Shown here: positions 28,849-37,237 of the stretch, in pieces
Layout of the letters: each line of letters begins with the position of its first letter
How positions within the stretch are numbered: position 1 is the stretch's first letter
Origin: Minisyncoccota bacterium
GTDB taxonomy: Bacteria > Patescibacteriota > Minisyncoccia > Phycocordibacterales > UBA6065
Direction: 5' to 3'
DNA: 64,000 nucleotides
Assembly: GCA_041661645.1 (NCBI GenBank)
Contig: JBAZUA010000001.1
Coordinates: 192,189 to 256,188 of the forward strand
The notes under the pieces: model-generated
Databases searched by the model: none
Told to the model about the DNA's origin: nothing
Seen by the model: the letters and a program-made list of their open reading frames with translations, nothing else
Translations under genes and position numbers: made by a program

Positions 28849-29382
28849 CTAGTTGACGATACCGCCATCTCGAAGGCTTATCAAATGACGAAGGTCTCCA
28901 TCGCCGATAAACCTGGAGACATCAAGGTAGCCCTCTAGTGAGGTGGCCTCGATGGTGAAGGTCGCGCCGCCGCCCTTTCTCTTGACCACACTGCTCGCGA
29001 AGACAAAGAACATCGTCCTCTCGATGCCGCAGGCGGCACGAAGCCTCTTGAACACCTCCCTCTTATGATCGGTGTCGATCGGGGACACGTCCCTGAAAAC
29101 CGCGACCATGAATTCCCTGGATGCCCCGCAAGGCCTTTTGCCGATCTGGGTAAGATCATAGCGGGACCTCATGATCTTCCTGAGCTTGTGCTCGTCACAT
29201 TTCCACGACAGACCCTTTGGCACATCCGCCAGAATCTTTTTGAAGAGAGTCTTCTTGGCGCGGCCGTCTTCCATCTGGAGAAGCTTGAGAACCTTCTCGT
29301 AAAACCCCAATACTATATTATTCACAATGTGCAATGCGGTGCGTTTTCGCAATACGTGCCCTATTATTAGAACGATTGGCAA
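28849..29382 (-). CDS. Hypothetical protein
   Basis: 177 aa ORF upstream of the desulfurase gene, with an AT-rich 5' region. No domain recognised. Confidence 0.4.
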   Translation of the reverse strand: MPIVLIIGHVLRKRTALHIVNNIVLGFYEKVLKLLQMEDGRAKKTLFKKILADVPKGLSWKCDEHKLRKIMRSRYDLTQIGKRPCGASREFMVAVFRDVSPIDTDHKREVFKRLRAACGIERTMFFVFASSVVKRKGGGATFTIEATSLEGYLDVSRFIGDGDLRHLISLRDGGIVN

Positions 29383-29524
29383 ACGTTCGCAGGGTCAGAG
29401 AGGCCCGACCCGTACACCAACACTCTGCCATTCGACTCATGATTAGTCAAACAGCACCCCATCAAGACCAGATAAAATAAAAATAAACGTTGCCCTTAGG
29501 CCCTCTTTGAGCTAAGATGGGCAA

Positions 29525-29998
29525 ATGACCCTCCCCGTCGAAACACTCGCCCTGATCCTTATCGCCCTCGTCCTCGTAGTCGGTCTCGCCCTCCTGCGCC
29601 TCGAGCTCAAAGTACGAAGGCTGACCCGCGGCGCGGACGGCAAGAGCCTCGAGGCGGCGATCGGCGGGCTCGGACAGGCAATCGTCGACCTCAGGAAGTT
29701 CGAGGAGGAATCAAAGGGCTATTTCAAGAACCTCGAGAAGCGCGTCCGCCGAAGCAACCAGGCCATCGAGACCGTTCGCTTCAACGCCTTCAAGGGAGAC
29801 GGCCTCGGCGGCAACCAGAGCTTCGCCACCGCCATGCTCGACGAGAAGGGCGACGGCGTGGTCATCTCGAGTCTCTATTCCCGCGAGCGGGTGTCGGTGT
29901 TCGCCAAGGGTATCGTGGGATTCAAGCCGCAGATCAATCTCTCGGAGGAAGAGACCCAGGCGGTATCATCTGCCCAGGCAAAGCTCGCCGCCAAGTAG
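29525..29998 (+). CDS. DUF4446 family protein
   Basis: N-terminal TM, then RFNAFKGDGLGGNQSFATAMLDEKGDGVVISSLYSRERVSVFAK, matching the DUF4446 consensus. Confidence 0.55.
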   Translation: MTLPVETLALILIALVLVVGLALLRLELKVRRLTRGADGKSLEAAIGGLGQAIVDLRKFEEESKGYFKNLEKRVRRSNQAIETVRFNAFKGDGLGGNQSFATAMLDEKGDGVVISSLYSRERVSVFAKGIVGFKPQINLSEEETQAVSSAQAKLAAK

Positions 29999-30016
29999 CA
30001 ATTCAATGAAACGCCC

Positions 30017-31525
30017 ATGTCACTACAACTCAACAACCCCAAGCGTCCGCCAGTCGTCTCCGTCATGGGCCACATTGACCATGGCAAATCGACGCTGCTC
30101 GACTACATCCGCAAGTCCAACATCGTAGCCGGAGAGGCCGGAGGCATCACCCAGCGCATCAGCGCCTACGAGGTCGTGCGCGAGACCAAGGAGGGTCCCC
30201 AGAAGATCACGTTCATCGACACCCCCGGACACGAGGCGTTCGCGGGCATGCGCGAGCGCGGTGCCAACACCGCCGATATCGCCATTCTCGTCGTATCGGC
30301 AGAGGACGGCGTCAAGAAGCAAACCATCGAGGCCTACAAGCAGATCGTGGCTGCCAAGGTCCCCTTCATCGTGGCCATCACCAAAATCGACAAGGAGGCG
30401 GCAAACGTCGAGAAGGCAAAGATCTCCCTCGCCGAGAACGAGATATATCTCGAGGGCTACGGCGGAAACATTTCATACGTGCCGGTTTCGGCAAAGACGG
30501 GAGCGGGCATCGACGACCTGCTCGACCTCATACTCCTCACCGCGGAGGTCAGCGACCTCGAGGGCGATTACGAGACCTTGGCCACGGGCGTCGTCATAGA
30601 GGCCCATCGCGACCCCAAGAAAGGCATCTCGGCCACCCTCATCATCAAGAACGGATCATTGCGAACCGGCATGTTCGTCGCCGCAGGCACGGCCTTCTCC
30701 CCCGTCCGCATGCTCGAGGATTTCGCCGGAAAGAAAATCGACGAGGCCGCCTTCTCGAGCCCCATCCGCATCGTGGGCTGGAGCGAGGTTCCCGCCGTCG
30801 GCAGCACCTTCACCTGCTTCATGTCAAAGAAGTCCCTCGAGGCATACCTCGAGCGCCTGGCCGAGGAAAAGGCCCAGCCGGTGTTCGCCGCGCGAAAGAC
30901 GGATGATCCCAACGCCTCAAAGAAGATGCTCCCCATCATCATCAAGGCCGATGTGGCAGGATCGGTCGAGGCAATCGAGCACGAGATAAGGAAGATACAG
31001 AGCGATCGAGTCGCGGTGAAGATCGTCTACGCATCCATCGGCGACATCACCGAGTCAGACATCAAGACCGCGGGAGGCGGCACCGAGACCCTCGTCGTCG
31101 GCTTCAACGTGAAGGCGGATGGTCAGGCCAAGGCCATGATCGAGCGCCTCGGCATCTCGTACGCCACCTTCGACATCATCTACAAGCTCATGGAATGGCT
31201 CGAGGAGAAGATCAAGGCGACCACGCCCAAGGTCAAGAGCGAGGAGATCATCGGCAAGGCAAAAATCCTCAAGTTCTTCAGCGCCACCAAGGACAAGCAG
31301 ATCGTCGGCGGCAAGGTCATCGAGAACGAGATACAGCTCGGCGCCAAGGTGAAGATCGTCCGCCGCGAGACCGTCATCGGCGAGGGCGTCATCCGCGAGC
31401 TCCAGCAGGCCAAGTCAAAGACCAGCACGGTCAAGGACGGCTTCGAGTTCGGCGCCATGATCGACGCCAAGATGGAGCTTGCCGCGGGCGACGTCATCGA
31501 GGCATTTACCATCGTCGAGAAATAA
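30017..31525 (+). CDS. infB: Translation initiation factor IF-2 (short form lacking the N-terminal extension)
   Basis: G1 [10 protein letters not shown]3 DTPGHEAF. G4 TKID. IF-2 C-terminal beta-barrels. Confidence 0.9.
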   Translation: MSLQLNNPKRPPVVSVMGHIDHGKSTLLDYIRKSNIVAGEAGGITQRISAYEVVRETKEGPQKITFIDTPGHEAFAGMRERGANTADIAILVVSAEDGVKKQTIEAYKQIVAAKVPFIVAITKIDKEAANVEKAKISLAENEIYLEGYGGNISYVPVSAKTGAGIDDLLDLILLTAEVSDLEGDYETLATGVVIEAHRDPKKGISATLIIKNGSLRTGMFVAAGTAFSPVRMLEDFAGKKIDEAAFSSPIRIVGWSEVPAVGSTFTCFMSKKSLEAYLERLAEEKAQPVFAARKTDDPNASKKMLPIIIKADVAGSVEAIEHEIRKIQSDRVAVKIVYASIGDITESDIKTAGGGTETLVVGFNVKADGQAKAMIERLGISYATFDIIYKLMEWLEEKIKATTPKVKSEEIIGKAKILKFFSATKDKQIVGGKVIENEIQLGAKVKIVRRETVIGEGVIRELQQAKSKTSTVKDGFEFGAMIDAKMELAAGDVIEAFTIVEK

Positions 31526-31546
31526 TCGCGCGCAGCCACCACACAC

Positions 31547-31873
31547 ATGTCATCATTCAAACAAGGCAGATTCGAAGAGATACTTCGCGACCTCGCGGCC
31601 CGCTTCCTCTCGCGCGAGTCTAACCGAACGTCACTCATCACCGTCACCAAGATAGAGACCAATGACCAAGCGTCGACTGCCACGATCTTCTTCACCGTGC
31701 TCCCCGAGAGCCAGGAGGCGGCCGCCCTCGACTTCGTGAAGAGGCAACGCGGTAACTTCCGCGAGTTCGTAAAGGATAACGCCCGCCTGATGCGCATTCC
31801 CTTCTTCGACTTCGAGGTGGACCGCGGCGAGAAGAGCCGCCAGAAAATTGACGCGCTCACCAATGGGAACTAA
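31547..31873 (+). CDS. rbfA: Ribosome-binding factor A
   Basis: KH-like RbfA fold. SRESNRTSLITVTKIETNDQASTATIFFTV...FFDFEVD. Confidence 0.8.
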   Translation: MSSFKQGRFEEILRDLAARFLSRESNRTSLITVTKIETNDQASTATIFFTVLPESQEAAALDFVKRQRGNFREFVKDNARLMRIPFFDFEVDRGEKSRQKIDALTNGN

Positions 31874-31908
31874 GATAGTCAGGGGCGCGGCGGGCGCCTA
31901 GTTAGTAC

Positions 31909-31980
31909 GGCCACGTAGAAAAGTGGTAATTCGGAGATCTGCAAAATCTCTATGCGCGAGTTCGATTCTCGCCGTGGCCT
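31909..31980 (+). tRNA. tRNA-Cys (anticodon GCA)
   Basis: Acceptor GGCCACG/CGTGGCC. Anticodon stem-loop GAGAT-CTGCAAA-ATCTC. T-arm GCGAG-TTCGATT-CTCGC. Confidence 0.75.
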
Positions 31981-32004
31981 CAAGGACGTTTCTTCGATAC
32001 AAGG

Positions 32005-32088
32005 TGGGTCAGGTGGGGGTCGAACCCACATCCGCTTTCGCGGACACCATTTTAAGTGGTGCGCGTATACCAGTTCCGCCACTAACCC
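32005..32088 (-). tRNA. tRNA-Leu (anticodon UAA), long variable arm
   Basis: Acceptor GGGTTAG/CTGACCC. D-arm as in Leu tRNAs (TGGCGGAACTGGTATACGC). Anticodon loop CTTAAAA. Variable arm TCCGCGAAAGCGGAT. Confidence 0.7.
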
Positions 32089-32221
32089 GATACCGAGAAG
32101 ATTATCACCTCGCACGCCTTTAGACCAACCTCGGTGGGAGCAAGACTTATATCGCAGATAAAAACTGGAAAAAAAGACAGATATGCGTTAAGATGGCTTT
32201 CGTCCCCAGACAGCGCAATAT

Positions 32222-32294
32222 CCTCCCTTAGCTCAGTTGGTAGAGCTGCTCCCTCTTAAGGAGAAGGTCGTAGGTTCGATTCCTACAGGGAGGA
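32222..32294 (+). tRNA. tRNA-Lys (anticodon CUU)
   Basis: Acceptor CCTCCCT/AGGGAGG. D-arm GCTC-AGTTGGTA-GAGC. Anticodon loop CTCTTAA. T-arm GTAGG-TTCGATT-CCTAC. An intrinsic terminator follows at about 32305-32350. Confidence 0.7.
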
Positions 32295-32389
32295 CAAACG
32301 AACGAAAGGCCGAAATGAGAAAACTCATTCCGGCCTTTCTGATACACAGAAGAGGGTGTCAAAATATTATTTGACAAAATCTTAAAAAA

Positions 32390-32695
32390 ATGGAGTATTC
32401 GAAGAAGAACCATATGCAACTTACATCCTACAGACTCTCTGGTTACGAAGGCTATTTCGTAAAAGGAGACGGGAGCACCCATGTGTGCGACAACTCTTGT
32501 TATCAACTGGAATTCAAGGCAAAAGGTGACGCCTCTGCGATAAGGCGCTCACTGGCCAGGGTCCGAACATTCGCAAGGACCTTCGAAGGGGCCGATTGGT
32601 ATAAGTTCGAGGTCGCCCTCCATCGCAAGGACAGCAAAGACGAGAGTCCGCTGCTCAAAGCCTCGGTAATCAAGAATTTGAAGAGGAAACCCTGA
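32390..32695 (+). CDS. Small hypothetical protein (101 aa)
   Basis: ORF preceded by an AT-rich promoter-like region (TTGACA at 32372) and followed by a terminator (gccggc hairpin plus tttttatt at about 32720-32757). Confidence 0.4.
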   Translation: MEYSKKNHMQLTSYRLSGYEGYFVKGDGSTHVCDNSCYQLEFKAKGDASAIRRSLARVRTFARTFEGADWYKFEVALHRKDSKDESPLLKASVIKNLKRKP

Positions 32696-32761
32696 TCCCG
32701 TCAAAATACGACAACGCCCTCCAAGCCGGCTTTCCAAAAAGAACGCCGGCTTTTTATTGTC

Positions 32762-32790
32762 TTGACCCACCCCTCGATGTCATCTACTAT
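32762..32790 (+). promoter_or_regulatory. Sigma70-type promoter TTGACC-17-TACTAT driving tRNA-Leu(UAG)
   Basis: The -10 box ends 9 nt before the tRNA 5' end. Confidence 0.5.
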
Positions 32791-32799
32791 GTCCCTAAC

Positions 32800-32880
32800 G
32801 CGCGAGTGGTGAAATGGCAGACACACCTGCCTTAGGAGCAGGCGCCGCAAGGCATGGAGGTTCAAGTCCTCTCTCGCGCA
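32800..32880 (+). tRNA. tRNA-Leu (anticodon UAG), long variable arm
   Basis: Acceptor GCGCGAG/CTCGCGC. Anticodon stem-loop CCTGC-CTTAGGA-GCAGG. T-arm GGAGG-TTCAAGT-CCTCT. Confidence 0.7.
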
Positions 32881-32897
32881 CAGCAAGGACGACAAGA

Positions 32898-32926
32898 TTG
32901 ACTTTTTCTATTTTAAATGATATTGT
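32898..32926 (+). promoter_or_regulatory. Sigma70-type promoter TTGACT-17-TATTGT upstream of the response regulator gene
   Basis: Consensus spacing. GGAG lies just before ATG 32934. Confidence 0.45.
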
Positions 32927-32933
32927 TTTGGAG

Positions 32934-33362
32934 ATGAAAAAAGCTCCTTGTCTCAAACCCCTTGTCCTCATCGTCGAGGACACCAGGGACATTGCGATAC
33001 TGTATCGCCACATGCTCAGCGCGCTCGGCATCAACACGGTAGCCAGCGCAGAAACGATAGCGGAGGCAAAAGCCAATGTCGCCAAAATCGACTTTGACAT
33101 AATCCTCTCCGACAACAGCCTGCCTGATGGCAAGGGTCTCGATTTCCTTAACAAGATGGCGCTTCGCCACCCGGGAACCTATCGATGCCTCATAACGACA
33201 GATCTCGATCTGACGGCCGGCGACAAGCTCAGGCACAACTTCAAGGCGAAGCCCCTTAAGTTGAGCGAAATGGAGGGTATAATCGAGGCCGCAAAGAAGC
33301 ATGCCGAGGAACATGCGGCGGCGAGACAGGCCGCAAGGCGGTCCGCAAGAAAGACTCACTGA
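32934..33362 (+). CDS. Single-domain response regulator (CheY-like receiver)
   Basis: LIVEDTRD acidic pocket. Phospho-acceptor region DIILSDNSLPDGKG. Conserved Lys in FKAKPLK. A terminator follows at 33371-33413. Confidence 0.6.
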   Translation: MKKAPCLKPLVLIVEDTRDIAILYRHMLSALGINTVASAETIAEAKANVAKIDFDIILSDNSLPDGKGLDFLNKMALRHPGTYRCLITTDLDLTAGDKLRHNFKAKPLKLSEMEGIIEAAKKHAEEHAAARQAARRSARKTH

Positions 33363-33472
33363 TGGCCTTCGAAGGCCTCGGGTTCAACTTCGTTGAACCC
33401 GAGGCCTTTTTTCTTGCCCCTTCACCAGCCCAAAAACGGCCCGCCAAAGCCCTCTTTTCACAATCCCCCACA

Positions 33473-33501
33473 CTTGACTTTTGACCTATAAAGTGCTATT
33501 A
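33473..33501 (+). promoter_or_regulatory. Consensus sigma70 promoter TTGACT-17-TATTAT followed by an approximately 120-nt structured leader
   Basis: The leader contains a gggg...[gcgc-aggt-gcgc]...cccc nested helix and a GGAGAGG/CCTCCC hairpin. SD GGAG lies 8 nt before ATG 33628. Confidence 0.5.
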
Positions 33502-33627
33502 TATACAGGTAGATGCACGGGGACGCGCAGGTGCGCATAAACCCCTTTGACAGACAAAAACTTTCAAGGAGAGGCCTAATTCCTCCCGAGAAAACTTCAA
33601 CACCAACAATCAGACTGGAGTTAAACT

Positions 33628-34605
33628 ATGAGACTGCTAAAAAGTATTGAGTTATGGATAAACGCGGCGATATGGATCGTCGGGCTTGTCCTCATCGAAC
33701 TGGCCGTGGCGGCCTTTCTGGGAGCCTTCGAGTTCCCCTATCAATCGCTCGTGTCATCGGCCCTCGGGCTCATGGCGTGGGCGTTCATCGTATCATGGAG
33801 CGTGAATAGGACCCTGATATACGTGAACTTTCAGAAAGCGCGTATCGGGATGAACATGTTCAACGGCGAAACAAAAACACTGTTCGCGGGCTGGAACATG
33901 ATCTATGTCTGGGAAGAGCTCCAGGAGCAGGAATTCGACCTGGTGAAGCGCGAGCTGGTCGAGGAGCACGGGACAGAGACATACACGTCACTCGACAGCG
34001 TTGTGCTCTTCGCCAAATGGACCATGGTCATCTCGCCCGATCCGAAAAACCTCAAGGTGTTTGCCGGATTCGACTGGAAGACCATCGTTGCGCAATTCAG
34101 GGCACACACGAACCAGGTCCTGTCTGACGAGTGCGGCAGGCGACTGGCGTCGGACACAACGACGAACAAGGCTGTTCTGAGCGCGATCGTCGCAAAGGCC
34201 TTCGGGGGCGCAAAACAAAGCGACCTGGAACTCAAGTACGGGGTCACGGTAAGCGACCCCGAGCTGGCGGACATCGATCAGGACCCGGCGGTCCTGAAGG
34301 CAAAGCAGATTGGCGTCGACACCGAGGTGTTTGCGAATGCGGTCAAGAACCTCATGCAGATAGCCCGGGACAACAACGACAACAGCCTGACCCTGCAGGA
34401 GGCCAAGAACACGGTGCTGATGATCATGAAGACGCCCGGAGTCGAGTTCAAGCTCTACGACCTCAAGGTCAACGGGCTGGAGCAACTGCAGCACCTCGCC
34501 TGGGGAGGATTGCACGGAGTCGGCGGCGGAGGAAAAGGACAAAACCCGGGCGGCGGCAAAAAGCCCCGCGGCGGACAACAGCAGCAACAACAAGCCAAAC
34601 CCTGA
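33628..34605 (+). CDS. Membrane protein with two N-terminal TM helices and a Gly/Gln-rich C-terminal tail; possibly SPFH/band-7-like
   Basis: TM helices, then GWNMIYVWEE...SLDSVVLFAKWTMVISPD, which weakly resembles SPFH. Low-complexity tail GGLHGVGGGGKGQNPGGGKKPRGGQQQQQQ. Confidence 0.45.
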   Translation: MRLLKSIELWINAAIWIVGLVLIELAVAAFLGAFEFPYQSLVSSALGLMAWAFIVSWSVNRTLIYVNFQKARIGMNMFNGETKTLFAGWNMIYVWEELQEQEFDLVKRELVEEHGTETYTSLDSVVLFAKWTMVISPDPKNLKVFAGFDWKTIVAQFRAHTNQVLSDECGRRLASDTTTNKAVLSAIVAKAFGGAKQSDLELKYGVTVSDPELADIDQDPAVLKAKQIGVDTEVFANAVKNLMQIARDNNDNSLTLQEAKNTVLMIMKTPGVEFKLYDLKVNGLEQLQHLAWGGLHGVGGGGKGQNPGGGKKPRGGQQQQQQAKP

Positions 34606-34619
34606 AAGGAAACTAAATA

Positions 34620-35018
34620 GTGAAAAAACACAACATCGGAAAGTTCGTCATATGGGGCTGCGTCATCGTGGCCCTGATCATGACGCGCTGTGTCTACCAA
34701 GACACCAAGACCAAGAAGGCAATACAGGCACAGGTGACGATCGCCGACCGGCAGAGCGTCATCCCCAGCGACCATCCCGAAGGCGGGGTCTGGAGACAGG
34801 TAGAAGCCGGCACGTGGAGCACATGGGTGCCCACGCTCGGCAAGATGATCAGCATCGCACCGGGATCGGCGGAAGTCGAGTACGAGTGCCTGCTCGCGGA
34901 CGGAAAGATCGTTTCCAAGCAAGGCAAGCCCAACGGCAACCTTGATTGGACCGAACCCGTCGTCAGCGAGCGATTCAAGTCGAACGTAAACCTGCTCTAT
35001 CAGTCGAAAGATCGATAA
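34620..35018 (+). CDS. Membrane-anchored hypothetical protein (GTG start)
   Basis: SD AAAGGAAA upstream. N-terminal TM helix. A terminator-like hairpin plus T-run follows at about 35044-35082. Likely co-transcribed with 33628..34605. Confidence 0.45.
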   Translation: MKKHNIGKFVIWGCVIVALIMTRCVYQDTKTKKAIQAQVTIADRQSVIPSDHPEGGVWRQVEAGTWSTWVPTLGKMISIAPGSAEVEYECLLADGKIVSKQGKPNGNLDWTEPVVSERFKSNVNLLYQSKDR

Positions 35019-35120
35019 GAAGGAAGCGTTCACATAGCAAAGAGCCCCTGCATTCATGCACGGGCTCTTTTTTCTTGCCTATTTTTTACCGGACGACATT
35101 AGCCAATCCAACCCGCTGAA

Positions 35121-35360
35121 CTAGACCCCCAGGGTTCCGGCGATGATCCTTATGATGCCCCACACCGAGATCATGATGAAGAGGCCGATGGTGCTGTAGA
35201 GGATGTGATTCGCCCCATCGGTCCTGGCCGTGCTCTCGCTCGAGTTACGCACATAGCTATACACCCCATAGACGAAATACGCGATGGCTACCGCAAAGAT
35301 AAGCTTGATCGCGGGATCAACCACGAACTCAAAAAAATCCTGGACTATTTGTGCATCCAT
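35121..35360 (-). CDS. TrbC/VirB2-like pilin family paralog P1 (two-helix core only, no signal peptide)
   Basis: 79 aa with two hydrophobic helices separated by a short polar loop (NSSESTARTDGAN). C-terminal helix STIGLFIMISVWGIIRII matches the family motif. Confidence 0.45.
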   Translation of the reverse strand: MDAQIVQDFFEFVVDPAIKLIFAVAIAYFVYGVYSYVRNSSESTARTDGANHILYSTIGLFIMISVWGIIRIIAGTLGV

Positions 35361-35374
35361 AGGGACGAGACTTG

Positions 35375-35743
35375 CTAGATGTTAGGGATCGAAGGAAGCT
35401 GCTTCTGGACGTTGTCCGCCCTGTTCTGGGTATCGAGACCGAAGGTGCTGACGAGGATGTTGACGAGTCCCCAGACCGAGATCATGACGAAGAGGCCGAT
35501 GATTCCGTAAATGATCTTGTCCTTTGCCGCCGCCTTTGCCTCCTCGCTTCCCGACATCACGTACTTTGCGATGCCGTAGATGAAGTACACGACCGCAGCC
35601 GCGATGATGAGGGGAAGAACGGTGTTAAGTATCTTGCTGATGAAACCGAATATGCTGAACACATCCGTTATCTTGGTGGTGCCCTGGGCCGCCGCCATGA
35701 ACGGAAGGGCGAACGATGCTGCGATAATGCCGATTTTTTTCAT
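35375..35743 (-). CDS. TrbC/VirB2-like pilin family paralog P2
   Basis: Signal peptide MKKIGIIAASFALPFMAAAQG. Helix 1 LPLIIAAAVVYFIYGIAKYV. Loop MSGSEEAKAAAKDK. Helix 2 IIYGIIGLFVMISVWGLVNIL. Confidence 0.55.
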   Translation of the reverse strand: MKKIGIIAASFALPFMAAAQGTTKITDVFSIFGFISKILNTVLPLIIAAAVVYFIYGIAKYVMSGSEEAKAAAKDKIIYGIIGLFVMISVWGLVNILVSTFGLDTQNRADNVQKQLPSIPNI

Positions 35744-35850
35744 ACGTTTTTCTAAATTCCTTATAATCTGCTAATGCCGTTATGCCCCTTGATTATACCA
35801 ATAAAACCAGATATGGCATAGGGCATGGGGATAAGATTCCGTACCTGCCC

Positions 35851-36246
35851 CTAGTCTGGTATGAGGGTTGGTATGTCGACCGAGTCAGCATCCTGACTGA
35901 GTCTGAAGGTGTTGTCGAGGATGTTCACGAAACCCCAAATAGACATCATGACGAAGAGGCCTATGACGCCGTAATAGATGGTCTTCTTCCCCTCCTCCCT
36001 CTTCTCCTCGCTCGAGAGCATCTTGAAGGCGCCGATAACCACATAGACGACGGAGAGGGCGACAACGAGATATACGAAGTAGTCAAAGAATCCGATGATG
36101 CAGTTCACAAGATTCTCGGCCCCAAACTCGAGCTGCCCGCAGGCGCTTACGGAACCCGTGTTGGCATTGGCGGCCAGCACGGCAAATGGAGTGGCCATCA
36201 CCGCCAGCAGAGAAAGGACGACCGCGCCCATGAATGCTTTTTTCAT
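35851..36246 (-). CDS. TrbC/VirB2-like pilin family paralog P3 (Cys pair)
   Basis: Signal peptide. C-x12-C (SACGQLEFGAENLVNC). Helix-loop-helix with [38 protein letters not shown]. Nearly identical core to P6. Confidence 0.55.
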   Translation of the reverse strand: MKKAFMGAVVLSLLAVMATPFAVLAANANTGSVSACGQLEFGAENLVNCIIGFFDYFVYLVVALSVVYVVIGAFKMLSSEEKREEGKKTIYYGVIGLFVMMSIWGFVNILDNTFRLSQDADSVDIPTLIPD

Positions 36247-36248
36247 CG

Positions 36249-36728
36249 CTATATTGATGTGGTTACGAACTTGTTAATGACGGTCCTGACGACCTCGGTT
36301 ATGACATTCGCCCCGATGAGGAGAATCGCGCCGACGATCGTGTACTTGAACGTCTTCTTGGCATCCTCCAAAGCATCGGGCTTCCCCTGCGCTATGACAA
36401 ACTTGAATCCCGATATGATGAGGAAGAGTGCGATGACCGCATAGCTCAGGCTGTAGACGAAGTTGATGACGAGGTAGAAAAAGTCGGGAATGGTCTTCAC
36501 CTTGTCGCCGAGGGGATTCTCGAGCTTGACTGATGCCGAGGTGTCCTTCAGCGGAACCTTGGCCGGTGTCACTGGTGTCCCGCTGGTCTGGAGGGGCGTG
36601 CCCGTGGTCTGCAGGGGTGCCGAAGTCGTCTGAACGGGCGTTCCTGTGGTTTGGGTGTCAGCAGCCAGGGCGAGAACCGGCACGGCGACCGAGACAAGAA
36701 GGGCGAAGGCGATGATGTGATGCTTCAT
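36249..36728 (-). CDS. TrbC/VirB2-like pilin family paralog P4 with a Thr/Pro-rich repeat linker
   Basis: Signal peptide. Repeats TTGTPVQTTSAPLQTTGTPLQTSGTPVTP. Then helix-loop (KPDALEDAKK)-helix. Confidence 0.5.
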   Translation of the reverse strand: MKHHIIAFALLVSVAVPVLALAADTQTTGTPVQTTSAPLQTTGTPLQTSGTPVTPAKVPLKDTSASVKLENPLGDKVKTIPDFFYLVINFVYSLSYAVIALFLIISGFKFVIAQGKPDALEDAKKTFKYTIVGAILLIGANVITEVVRTVINKFVTTSI

Positions 36729-36733
36729 GTGAA

Positions 36734-37237
36734 TTATTTCTTAAAATAGCTATTCCAGATGCCCTGCTGATCGGTCTTTATCTGGCCGGCCAGAAGGTTG
36801 TCGAGCACCGTGTACACCAATATGAATGATATGAGAATCCATATCAGGCCGATGGCGACGTACCTGAACATGTGCTTCGCCTTCTCGAGCTTGGCTGGAT
36901 TGCCGTTCGACATGAGGTATAGAAACGCCGTGTACATGATGATGGCGAGCACGACGGGAATCGAGAGGTAGAGCAGGAACTTGATGATCCTGTTGGCCAT
37001 CTCGATGAGGGCGTTGAAGTCGCAGTCCCTGCCCGAGATCACATTGCCATCAGCATCCTTCTGGGCCACGCCCGTGCACGGTACAATCTGGAAATCAGCC
37101 TGTTTCGGATCGGCCGAGCCGCCCACCGCAGTCGCTGTCTCGGCAAAAGCGACGATCGGCACGGTGGTCGAGAGGGCCGATCCCGCCAGGACGAGGATAA
37201 AGAGGGACGCGAGGAAGGCTTTGTTTACATGTTTCAT
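36734..37237 (-). CDS. TrbC/VirB2-like pilin family paralog P5 (Cys pair)
   Basis: Signal peptide. CTGVAQKDADGNVISGRDC. Helix-loop (NGNPAKLEKAKH)-helix. Stop overlaps the start of the upstream gene (ATGA). Confidence 0.5.
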   Translation of the reverse strand: MKHVNKAFLASLFILVLAGSALSTTVPIVAFAETATAVGGSADPKQADFQIVPCTGVAQKDADGNVISGRDCDFNALIEMANRIIKFLLYLSIPVVLAIIMYTAFLYLMSNGNPAKLEKAKHMFRYVAIGLIWILISFILVYTVLDNLLAGQIKTDQQGIWNSYFKK

